Positions 34,312 to 45,500 of a DNA stretch of 64,000 nucleotides are shown in pieces. This stretch comes from Chrysemys picta bellii. Lineage: Eukaryota. The stretch is taken from NCBI RefSeq assembly GCF_011386835.1, contig NC_088810.1, positions 1,488,001 to 1,552,000 on the forward strand, read 5' to 3'. Positions within the stretch are counted from its first letter, which is position 1; every line of letters begins with the position of its first letter. Made by a program: the position numbers and the translations under genes. A model generated the notes under the pieces. It was not told the origin of the DNA, ran no database searches, and was given only the letters and a program-made list of their open reading frames with translations.

Positions 34312-35577
34312 ATGTGGGCGCCCCGGCCCCTCTGCTTGCTGGCCGCTCTCCTGGCCACCGGTGAGTCCCGTCCTTCCCTGGGCACAGGGAGCCGGGCACG
34401 GGGGGGGGGGGGGGGGCGGGAATTCGCCTGGGGAACGTGCCGCTGTCCATGGCGGATTCTGGGGTCAGGATGCAATTCGTGGGTAAAACCAGTGAGAGGA
34501 AAAGCCGGCGCCACGACCCCCGGCTGACTCGGGGAGAGCAGGGATTGGAGCCTGGGACTCCCACAGCCCACGCGAGGGGCCTGGCCAGCGGGCTGCGGGT
34601 CAGACTGGGGTGACGGGTCGGGGCCTGAGTCCGTCTGTCCTTCCTCCTCCTCGTTCCTCCTCCAGCTCTGACGGGGCTCCCCGACGAGGAGCAGGAAACC
34701 AGGAAAACCGTCTCCCGCCCCTTGTAATCCTGCTTGGAAATGTTCCCCTGCCCCCAGCACTGAGATTCCTGCCAGGACTCCTGGGTTCATTGCCCGGCAC
34801 TGGGTGGGGAGTGGGGGTCTCTTATGGGGTGTATGTACCCCATGCCGGCCCAGCGAGCGAAGGGAGAAAAGGGCTGGGCAGCAGCGAGGGTTTTGCAGAT
34901 TCCTGGGCACAGGGACTCGAGCGAGGGCCGCACTGAGCTGGGTGAGCCGGGACCGCGTCCTGCCTGGCCAGGAGGGGGCACTGCTACACCATCGCACTGA
35001 CTCACATGGTCTAATGTGATGTCTGGGAGCCAGGACTCCTGGGTTCTATCCCCAGGTCAGGGAAGGGGGTGGCTGTAGAATGGGTTGGAAGTCAGCAGCA
35101 ATTAGGACTCCTTGGTTGTATTCGTGGCTCTGACACTGCCCCTTTGTGCCTCAGTTTCCCTGTCTATAAGATGGGGATAATATTCCCTTCCTCTCACCTG
35201 GGACCCTGGCAAAGGCAGGGAGAAGGCGTTCGGAGACTGAAGTGATGTTTCCAGATGAAAGCTCTGAAAAAAACCCCAAGTGGACCAATTCATTTCCTTT
35301 CTTTCTTCAATTCAAATATTACGTTCACTTCATGAATTGAAATTCTCCCAAGCTCTGGACAGGAAAGAGTTAACAATCATGGGATCTCTTCAGCCAGCCC
35401 AGAGTTTTCTGCATGCATGGTGGGGCTGTGAAGCCATCAATGGAAAGGGTTAACGATCACCAGACACATTAGGAAGAAGAGAGTTGACAGGACCCCAGAC
35501 AAAAAGTGATCCAGGAAGTTGATCGTGGCTGAGCTAATGTTACTCTGAGAGGCAGAGTCCCCGAACAGCAAGTCGGG

Positions 35578-35621
<44 letters not shown>

Positions 35622-37365
35622 CAGGTTCACCCCAAAGCCCGGCAGAAACCGCTCCCTAGAGAAGTGTAATTCTGTACAGAAGTGTGGGGTTTTACCCCAT
35701 CACCAGCTCTGCAGCTGAAAATGTATTCCAGCCACAGACACTCAGGCAGCAAACAGACTTGTCTACGGCTTTGATGAGGATGCAAATAACCAGCCAGATG
35801 CCTTTCCCCACACAGCGAGTTAAAGGGAACTGGGCAGATTGGCTGCAAAAGCAGATGGAATTTCTCCAAGATCTACCTGCCCACACATTCAGTGAGGAGA
35901 CATTGGTGGTAACAACTATCACAGCGCCACCTCGTGGTTCCTGCTGGTATTTCTGCCTGGGGAGGGGTGGGGAGTCGGGGTTTGCACTGAGAAGGGATTT
36001 TTCCAACCTCCAGGGAGCGCTCTGCAATGCGAGGTGTGTGAGTCCAAAGCCGAATCGTGCTCCGGCCCCCTGCAGCCCTGCGCCCCCTCGGAAGGGACCT
36101 GTGTCATTGCTGTGGCAGAGTTCAACCTGGGTGAGTGAAACAAGATTCCTACTAAGTGTAGACACCATCGTCCTCCCGGAGCCAGGGGGAGAACCCAGGG
36201 GACCTGGCTCCCAGCCCGCACCCCTGCTTTACGCACTAGACCCCACTTCGCTCCTGGAACTGGGCCGCCTTCCTTGAGACCAGTGGTTTTCAGCCTGTGC
36301 TCCGTGGCCGCGGGGGTCTGCAGACTCTGTCTCAGATGAGATGGGGAACTGCAGTGGATGGCCGTGGGGATGGGATTGGATAGAAGACAGGCTTGTGCCA
36401 GGGGGTGGGAGATGAGATAAGATGTGTGTGTGTGTGGGGGTGGATACAAAAGGGGAGGACGGAGCAGCTGGGGGGGCACTGGGGGGCTAAGAGGTGATTC
36501 TCTGCTCTGGCCCCAACTGCCTGGAGAGAACCCAGCCCAACCCCTCTCTTCTCTAACCATTAGACCCCACTGCCCTCACAGAGCTGAGGAGAGAACCCAG
36601 GAGTCCTGGCTCCCAGCCTCCCCGCTCTAACCACTAGTCCCCACTCCCGTCCCCTCCCAGAGCTGACGAGAGAACCCAGGAGTCCTGGCTTCCAGCCCCC
36701 CCTGCTGTAACCACTAGCCCCCACTTCCCTGCCAGCGCTGGGATCGAGCCCGGCATGCAGGGACTCCCCACCCCTGGCTGACTGGGTGTGTCTGGCTGTT
36801 CTCAGTGCCAACCGTGAGCCCCGTCCCCAACGGCCGGCAGTGCCCATCATGCTTCGCCGCGGGGGCAGATCGCTGCGAGGACATGGAGCCCTTGGCCTGC
36901 ACCGGCGCCGAGGACCATTGTGTTGAGTTCACTGGGACAATAACAGCGGGTAATTCCAAGACAGCGTCAGCCAACTAGAACCCCAGGAGTCCCGGCTCCA
37001 GGGACCTCTGCTCTAGCCACTAGACCCCACTCCCCTCCCAGAGCCGGGGAGTGAACCCAGGAGTCCTGATTCCCACCCCCCCTGCTCTGACCACTAGACC
37101 CCACTCCCCCACAGAGCCGGTGCAGTCCTACTGGGAGGGGAGCATGTGAGAAGCCTCATGGGGGTCAGGGGAGGCTGTGGGAGCCCCGATCACGTCTCTC
37201 TCCCCCCGTCCAGGTGAGATCACCCTGCCAAAGGCTGCGGCTGGATGCGGCTCCCCTGGTGCCTGCGTCAAGAGAGTGGGGGTGAGGAAATACGCCCAGG
37301 GCGTGGTGGACGTGCTGAGCCGGGCCGAGTGCTACCCAGCTCCCTGGGCCGGCGGGAAGCTGTGA
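34312..37365 (+). CDS. Single-domain secreted Ly6/uPAR protein D, 114 aa; exons 34312-34360, 36806-36949, 37214-37365
   Basis: Signal exon plus PNGRQCPSCFAAGADRCEDMEPLACTGAEDHCVEFTG plus EITLPKAAAGCGSPGAC...AECYPAPWAGGKL*. All junctions are phase 1; 345 nt; 8 Cys; no hydrophobic tail; AATAAA 37484-89. No domain-1 exons were found in 34361-36805. Confidence 0.72.
35580..35620 (+). repeat. (TG)n microsatellite
   Basis: About 20 units. Confidence 0.95.
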
Positions 37366-37679
37366 GCCCCGGCCGGGCCCCCTTCCCTTGCCCTGGTTGT
37401 GGGGGCTGCAGTGCGCCTCCCCCGCGGCACCGGATTCCGCTTCTCTTTGGGGGGGATTGTGGTTCCCTTTTGTGCATTGGCTGAATAAAGCGAGTGGTGG
37501 GGTAAGGAGCCGGCCTCTGTTCTGTGCACCAGAGATACTGGCAGGAAGAGAACCCAGGAGTCCTGACACCCAGCCCCAGCCTCCACACACTCTAACCCAC
37601 TCTTCTCTGAAAGCCAGGGACAGAACCCAGGAGTCCTGGCCCCGCCCCCCTTTAGCCCACATTCAGGCTGGGAGTCCCT

Positions 37680-38125
37680 GGGGACAAAGGGCTGGGGTGA
37701 GCCTCTCGGCTTCTCCCCCTCCTGGAACCAAACCTCAGAGCCCCCCTGAGTCCCGCAGAGCATCCCCCTGGTTGGAATTGTGCACACCCCCTTCTCAGTC
37801 TGGAGGGACCCTCCACCCGCGGGTGTAAAACAGGAGGGTTTGGATGTTGTCTGGAACATGGCGTAGGGCAGCAGAGAGAACGGAAAGTTACAGCAAAGTC
37901 CATCAGCCTGGGGGGCCTCTCCTCTGACCCCCCCAGAACCCCAGTCCAGAAGCTTGTATGTGCTTCAAGCAGCCCACACACCTTGGCTCCTCCTCGGGTC
38001 TCTGTCCTCCGGCTGGCCAAAACTGGCTGGCTTCCTGCACTGGGCCGGGGTCGCCAGGCCGTTGTCAGGGCTCCGGCCCCCACTGGATCTCTGGATTGTT
38101 GTGCAAAGAAACCCCCTTTCCCCTC
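37680..38125 (-). mobile_element. Decayed LTR fragment related to the 27311-28139 family
   Basis: Shares aaaacaggagggttt and ctctgtcctc.ggctgg segments with that LTR. Confidence 0.45.
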
Positions 38126-39169
38126 CCCCTAGTTAATTATGCAGCACACCGGGGAAACTGAGGCACGCACAATCTTCATACCAAATATTCAGAACAAATC
38201 CCACTTGGTTACAGAGTTGGCAAACATAAAAAGGTTGAGAATCACTGGCCCAGCTGTCGACAGGGGATGGGATGAGATGGGGAATTGCAGTGGGTGGGGG
38301 GCCTGGAGTGGACAGACAAGAGGAAGGTCTCCTGCTGACCCAGAGCTGAGCGCACAAGTGCTTATGTCGGTGTTAAGTCGTTCGGGGGGTGGAACATTCA
38401 CCCCACCCCACCGAGCGACGTAAGCTTTGCCGACGCAGGCGGTAGCGTAGACATGGCCTAAGACGGGATCCAAGTCTGGGAAGCAAGGAAAAAACCAGTT
38501 CCCTGGAGCCAAAAGCGAGCCGACGCCTCAGCCAGGCGTCCATGAAATCAGGCAGACCCGGACCTGATTAGGTGGCCAGGAGAAAGGGTGTAGACAAAAC
38601 CAAACTTCGGTTTTACCGAGAACAGACTTTCCGTCTCGCGAACCCCGGCGGCAGCCGGCTCTTGCGCAAGAGAGGAGGCTAGAAGAGGAGAAAACGACCC
38701 CCCAAATCTCTTCCTCCCTCTCTCACTGCTTGGGTTGTCGGGGACCCGGGTTTTGACCAGAAAGTCGACCTGCACCAGCACCTGCTCAACTGGGGCCGCC
38801 TCCTCCCTGCATGGCGTGTGCAGGCCGGCCCCCATCGGCCTGCAGCCCCGGGAGCAGCGGGCGCCCAGCGCAGGCGGGAGAGGATCCAGTTATGCAGAAC
38901 GGGGAAGGGAGAAAGCAGCGAGCGATGGGGGGAAGAGCGAGAGAAGAGCGAGGGGGCGGGGCCTGGAGGAAGAGGCGGAGCAGGGGCGGGGCCCCAAGGG
39001 AAGAGGCGGAGCATGGAGTGCGGCACGGGGGTCCGGTTGTCAGCAATTAGAAAGTTGGCAACTCGACTCACTGCTCATGACACCGACACCTGAGGAGCGC
39101 GGAAAGGAGCCTTGGCCTGGGGTCAGGCAGGGCTTCGTTGTTTTACATTCAGAACTGATGTAGCGAGTC

Positions 39170-40090
39170 CAGAGGTGCCGGGGCTCTGAACCGCCAGGCC
39201 CAAGGGTGCCAGGCTACGAACTCCCAGGCCCGGAGGTGCCGGGGCTCTGAACCGCCAGGGCCAAGGGTGCCGGGCTCTGAATCGCCAGGCCCAGAGGTGC
39301 CGGGCTCTGAACCGCCAGGGCCAAGGGTGCCGGGCTCTGAATCGCCAGGCCCAGAGGTGCCGGGCTCTCAACCGCCAGGCCCAGAGGTGCCGGGCTCTGA
39401 ACTGCCAGGGCCAAGGGTGCCGGGCTCTGAATCGCCAGGCCCAGAGGTGCCGGGCTCTGAACTGCCAGGGCCAAGGGTGCCGGGCTCTGAATCGCCAGGC
39501 CCAGAGGTGCCGGGCTCTGAACCGCCAGGCCCAGAGGTGCCGGGCTCTGAACCGCCAGCCCCGGAGGTGCCGGGCTCTGAACCGCCAGGCGCAGGGGTGC
39601 CGGGCTCTGAACCGCCAGGCCCGGAGGTGCCGGGCTCTGAACCGCCAGGCCCAGAAGTGCCGGGCTCTGAACCGCCAGGCCCGGAGGTGCCGGGCTCTGA
39701 ACCGCCAGGCGCAGGGGTGCCGGGCTCTGAACCGCCAGGCCCGGAGGTGCCGGGCTCTGAACCGCCAGGCCCAGAAGTGCCGGGCTCTGAACTGCCAGGC
39801 GCAGGGGTGCCGGGCTCTGAACCGCCAGGCCCGGAGGTGCCGGGCTCTGAACCGCCAGCCCCGGAGGTGCCGGGCTCTGAACCGCCAGGCCCGGAGGTGC
39901 CGGGCTCTGAACCGCCAGGCCCAGAGGTGCCGGCTCTGAACCGCCAGGCCCAGAGGTGCCGGCTCTGAACTGCCAGGCCCAGAGGTGCCGGGCTCTGAAC
40001 CGCCAGGCCCAGAGGTGCCGGGGCTCTGAACTGCCAGGCCCAGAGGTGCCGGGCTCTGAACCGCCAGGCGCAGGGGTGCCGGGGCTCACG
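39170..40090 (+). repeat. 30-bp minisatellite, about 30 copies
   Basis: Unit gggctctgaaccgccaggcccagaggtgcc. Confidence 0.95.
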
Positions 40091-40789
40091 CTGGCAAGCC
40101 TGGGCACCAATGAAGCTGTGCGGGGAGGGGTCCTGGTTGCGTGGCACCCAGCCAGCCAGGCCAGGAAAGCGAGGTGGAGAGGAACCTTTGCTTTGAACTC
40201 GCTTAGCTTGTGAAGGGAGGCGTCGTCTGCCTTTGACCTTTGATGTCTTTGTAACCGTCATGGGGCGTACGCACCGCGTGGTGTCCCAGAGACTGAAGGG
40301 TTAAAACGGGCCCAGGCTGGGAGGAATAAAGGGGCTGGAAGCCGTGGGGCAGAGCGGCTGCCGGTGGGGAGGGAGCGACTGGCTCCAAGCCCCCAAGGTG
40401 CAGGGACACAGAGCCCCGGGGGAAGGCAGGGAGGCGTTCAGGGCTCTGGTGGGTGGGAGCCCTTCTGACCCCGTGTATTTCGTTGGAGGGCCCTGAGCCG
40501 GAAGCCAGTGGAGCAGGCAGGCCTGGGATCCCCCCGAGCTCCGTGAGCCGGGGGCTGTGCCACATCTGGCCAGAGGGAGGCGCCGTCACACCCCTCACAC
40601 TGCCCAGCTCTGCCCAGCTCTGCCTTTTATGGCTTGTGACCACCTAGCACCTGCCCTTCCCTGGGTCCCAGCTCGGCTCAGTGTCTGATCCAAAGCAGGG
40701 TGTGTCTGGGACCTTCCCTTGGGCTGGCAGGAGCCGGGCGTCTCCTCTAGGAATCAGCAACAGACCTTCTAGGAGCTTGTGCTGGCCAG

Positions 40790-41490
40790 GAGGGCGCTGG
40801 GAGTTCGCACGTGTCTGGGCTCTGGCTGGGGATGAGGGGTTGGGGGTGCAGGAGGGTGCTCCGGGCTGGGACTGAGGGGTTCAGAGGGAGGGAGGGAGGG
40901 GGATCTGGGCTGGGGCAGGGGATTGGGGCGCAGGAAGGGTTCGGGGTGCAGGCTCCGGGCGGCACTTACCTCAAGCAGCTCCCAGAAGCAGCAGCATGTC
41001 CCCACTCCGGCTTCTACGTGGAGGCACGGCCAGGCAAGCCCCCCACCCCTCTCCCCCCCAGCTGGAGCACTGGAGCGGGGCCCCCACCCCTCCCCAGGCT
41101 GGAGCGCGGCAGGGCAAGCCCCCACCCCCTCCCTGGCTGGAGCGCCACAGGGCAAGCCCCCACCCCCTCCCCAGGCTGGAGCGCCGCAGGGCAAGCCCCC
41201 ACCCCCTCCCAGGCTGGAGCGCCGCAGGGCAAGCCCCCACCCCCTTCCTGGCTGGAGCACCGCAGGGCAAGCCCCCACCCCCTCCCTGGCTGGAGCGCCG
41301 CAGGGCAAGCCCCCACCCCCTCCCTGGCTGGAGCGCCGCAGGGCAAGCCCCCCACCCCTCTCCCCCCCCAGCTGGAGCACTGGAGCGGGGCAAGCCCCGG
41401 ACCCCACTCCCCGGCGGGAGCTCGAGGGCCGGATTAAAACATCTGGCAGGCCGGATGCAGCCCCCGGGTCGTAGTTTGCCTGGCCCTGGG
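40790..41490. mobile_element. Probable hAT-derived MITE with an internal ~39-bp tandem repeat
   Basis: Ends ggccggatgcagcccccgggtcgtagtttgcctggccctg; internal (gctggagcgccgcagggcaagcccccaccccctcc)n at 41030-41400. Confidence 0.6.
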
Positions 41491-42507
41491 CTGGAGGCTG
41501 GGTGTGAGTAGCAGGGGAGTGGTGGCTCTCACCGAGAATCGCCCCAGGCTGAGGGGGACATGGCGGGTCATGGGTCCAGACTACGCTGGGAAGCGTCCCG
41601 GGGACGCCTTTTGCACGGGAGGAGAAAGAACAAAGGAGCCCCCTTCCCCCTCCCCGCCTGAGAGCTGAGGGATATTGGATTAAGCTTGCACCAAGCATAA
41701 TCCAATATCCCAGCTCCCAGAGACCGGGGGTGCGTGTGCCAGGACGCCTGGGTTCAATGCAGAGGGGGGCTGTAGTGGGGCAACTTGTCCAAACAAACAC
41801 AGGTTCTCTGGGGAATTTAAGTTTAGGATCCAGCTTTATTCAGTGCATTGACTTCTGGAAATACATCGTGTTAAATCAGGGAGGGCCAGGTGTCAGGGCT
41901 CCTGGGTTCTCTCCCCGGCTCTGGGAGGGGAGTGGGGTCTAGTGGTTAGAGCAGTGGCGGCTGGGAGCCAGGATGCCTGGGTTCTCTCCCTGGTTCTGGG
42001 AGGGGAGTGGGGGCTGGTGAGTTAGAGCTGGGAGCCAGGACGCCTGGGTTCTCTCCCTGGTTCTGGGAGGGGAGTGGGGGCTGGTGAGTTAGAGCTGGGA
42101 GCCCAGACTCCTGGGTTCTCTCTCTGGCTCTAGGAGGGGAGTGGGGGCTGGTGGTTAGAGCAGTGGCGGCTGGGAACCCAGACTCCTGGGTTCTGTCCCC
42201 AGGCTGGAATCTCGGGGGCTGCTGTGGAATACAATAAGACCAATAAGACTCAGCGCTGTAACACAGCACATCACAGTCTGTCCAGAGACTCCCCGCCCCC
42301 TCCTCCCACTCTGGCTGCAGTGGGCTTTGGGTTGGGCCCTGACTCCCTGGATCTTTGCAAAAGCAGTTCAGCATCGTTATCCTTTGGACACAGATGGGGA
42401 AACTGAGGCACTGGTGGGTGGGGGAGAGAAGAGAGACACACAGACCATGAGGGCATCATTCAGCTGCTGGATGGATCCCCCTGGGGGGGGGCGACACAGA
42501 GGGGGCG

Positions 42508-45500
42508 TTAAGAGAGGAATTTCACCGCCAGGAGCCCAGCCAGACTGGGCAAGATGCTGCCCAGGCCGAAGGGACCCAGCATCCGCTGAGCGCCGCTGGG
42601 CGTGTAACACTCAGTCTGTGTTATTTTGTAGGTGAACACTCCTGAATCCAGAATCTCTCCCTTTGTGAGTTCGCAGGCGTGTGGTGTGGCACAGCCTTTG
42701 GCTGCAAAGGGTATCGTGATGTCATCTGCGCAGAGAAAGAGACGCTGATCAGACACGGGGCATCCCGGCGCCGCTGAACCAACATAACCTCCCCCCGCCG
42801 CAGCCTGGAACCCCCCTGCCATACATCTTTAGTGCTGAGTGGCACCAAGATGCCAATGGTAATTAGTAGGCTTCAGAGTCAACAGTTTGTTGAGCCAGAA
42901 AGGGCATGCGTCACCCCCTGGGGGCTGTGGGTTTGGGCCTGCCTGGAGTTCTCTTGGCCCTGGGGGGGAAAAAGGCAAGTTCTTAACTCCCATTAGCTAA
43001 TGCCTAGTGACATAGGCAGTGAGCCTGTCTGAGTTGCTTCGAAGGGAGTATCAGACCAGGTGCTAGCTCATGTCAGAGCCCCAGGCCACTTTACTGGTGT
43101 GTTAATGTAGGTCAAAGTGCTGGTGAATGGTAGAAGAGCGTATTTGGTGTGGAAACTTCATGAAAACGAATGGGGCATTACTGGCATTGTTTGCACTTCT
43201 CTGCAAGCGTTTCCACCATGTCTACCCTGTAACCAACAGAGACGGGTTAATTCCAAAGCAAGTGGCCACTGCGTGTGAGGACGGGCAGTTAAAGACTCGA
43301 AGCGCGTTCCTCGCTCTGCGCCATCGAAGGAAGAGTCCATGTGGGTGGGGACCCTGGCGGCTTGTTCTGTGAAGTTTGGCTTCCGGAAAAGCCCCTGCGT
43401 CTGGCCGGCTTGGCGGCTAACGGGGCGGAATAGCTGGGCGAAAAGACGGAGATTCCCCGGGGGCAGCCCCGAGTGACACCTGGGAACCTGGCAGGAGTTA
43501 CAGACTGTGACTCACCTGGGCGTATATTGTACCTGCTATAACCTCCCCAGAGCTCTCACCTCCTTTTACTAGCTAAAAACCCTTTCGTGGCTTATGACCG
43601 AGTTAACTCCCAGCGTTGCCTTTGATGTGAGATCTGAAGTACCAGCTGAGCTGGGATAAGTGACTGGGAGCAAGCTGCTGAGGTGTAAGTGACTGTTGAT
43701 CACTAAGTGCAGTTTGGCTGGGTGACAAGACAGGACTGGAGCGTCTCAGGGGTCGGGCTGGGACTCCGTGCTGAGCCAGGAAATCCAGCTTGGTGACATC
43801 TAATCGGAGAACACGCCATCCGCTCGGGGGGTCTGTCCTGTGTCTGTCAGTCTGCCCTGAGATAGGCGCTCACGGTCGCGAGCCGCGCCAGACAGCGTGG
43901 CAGCCACCTAGCCAGGTAACTGCCCCGGACAGAAGAAAACCCCACCAACCGGGCATTACTTTGTAACGCCTGGCAGGGGGAGAGACGGCATCCATGTGAC
44001 AGCAGCCGGGGCCCCGGGGCAGGTCACAGCGGTGAGAGCTCAGCTGCCCAGCGTTGGGGAGCAGCTGGCCGCACGCCGCATGGTGGACATCTCTTGTTCT
44101 TCTGTCGTCGGCGGTTGCTACTTCAGGCTCATGGGAGGCCAGCGGGAGGCCGGGAGGGCTGGGCTGGGTGGGCCCTGGGGACTGCGGGACAGCTGGGGCC
44201 GGCTAGCCGAGCTGACAACAAGCTTTAACCTCGGCCACGCTGCAGAGGCAGATTTTGTGGGGTTGTGGGCCAGAGCAAGTGGGGGCAAGTGTGGGGGGGG
44301 CTCATCCCCCCTTCTGCCTGCGGTCCCACCCCTGTTCTGCCCCTTCCCCCACGGCCCTGCTCCGGTTCCACCCACAGTCCTGTCCCATTCCACCCACCCC
44401 ATTGCCACTGTTTGCTCCGCCCCCCGCGGCCCCAAGACCGGAGAAGATCTGTCCCCCCGCCAGCGCACCTGAGGCTGCGGCAGGGAGCGAGATCTCCTCC
44501 AGTCCCCAGGCCAGGGACCAGGGTTGGGACATGGGGGTGCCTATTTTCCAGGGGGCTGAGGCCACCGGGAACAGGCCCTGATGACCCATTGGCTAATCCA
44601 CCACTGCCGCACTGTGGGTAGAGGCGTGGACTCTCCCGGCTGAACTGGACAGGTACAGGCAGGGGGCTCTGTGTGTGGACAGAGCGGGGTTTGGGTTTAA
44701 ACACGAGTCCGAGCCGTGTCCGCAGGGAGAGGGGGAAGCTGTCTGGCTTTGGAACAGGGGAGTGTGGCCCCGAACTCGCTTGCAAAGGGCGTTGGCCCCA
44801 TAGGGACCCCGGGGCTGAGCCTCGCACGGAGCTGGGCCGGAGCCGTAGCCAGTTAAAGCGGGCACTGCCGGGGGGCTGCGGGGAATCCGGGCCCCGGGCC
44901 GCCCTTTGTCCTAGTGTCGATGGGCTCGGAGAGCCAGGGCCGGAAGGATCCGGGACACGCACTCACCTTCCGAGATCTGCCCGCTGATGGAAATGCACTG
45001 GCTGGCGCGGCCCTCGCACTGCAGGGTCTCCTTGCTGGAACAGCTGCTCCGACCCGGGGCAAAGCAGATCGGGCACCGGCCTCCCGTGTAGACGGTGTTG
45101 ATGATCGGCCCTGCAAGACCCCCAGAGAGCAGGTCGGTGGGGGTTGACAGGGCTGGGCTGGGGACGGATGCCTTCTCTACTTTACCACCATTTATTTCTA
45201 GCACGGCAATAACTGAGATCAGGGACCCCCTTGTGCCAACAGCTGCACAGAGCCCCCCTCTTTCCCCGGCTCGAGATCAGGGTCCCCCGTCGGGTGCTGT
45301 ACGCCCCCTGCCCCAGAGCAGGGGCCCTGATTGCACTGGGCACTGCATAGATCCCCCCCAGCCTGCTACTGGGGGCCCCCCATTGTGCCAGGCACTGCAC
45401 CCCTCCCCCCCGGAGATCAGGATTCCCCCCCATGGCACCAGGTGCTACACGGGACTCCACCCTTCTCCAGGAAAGAACCCTTTTCCGAACCAGTTTGACG

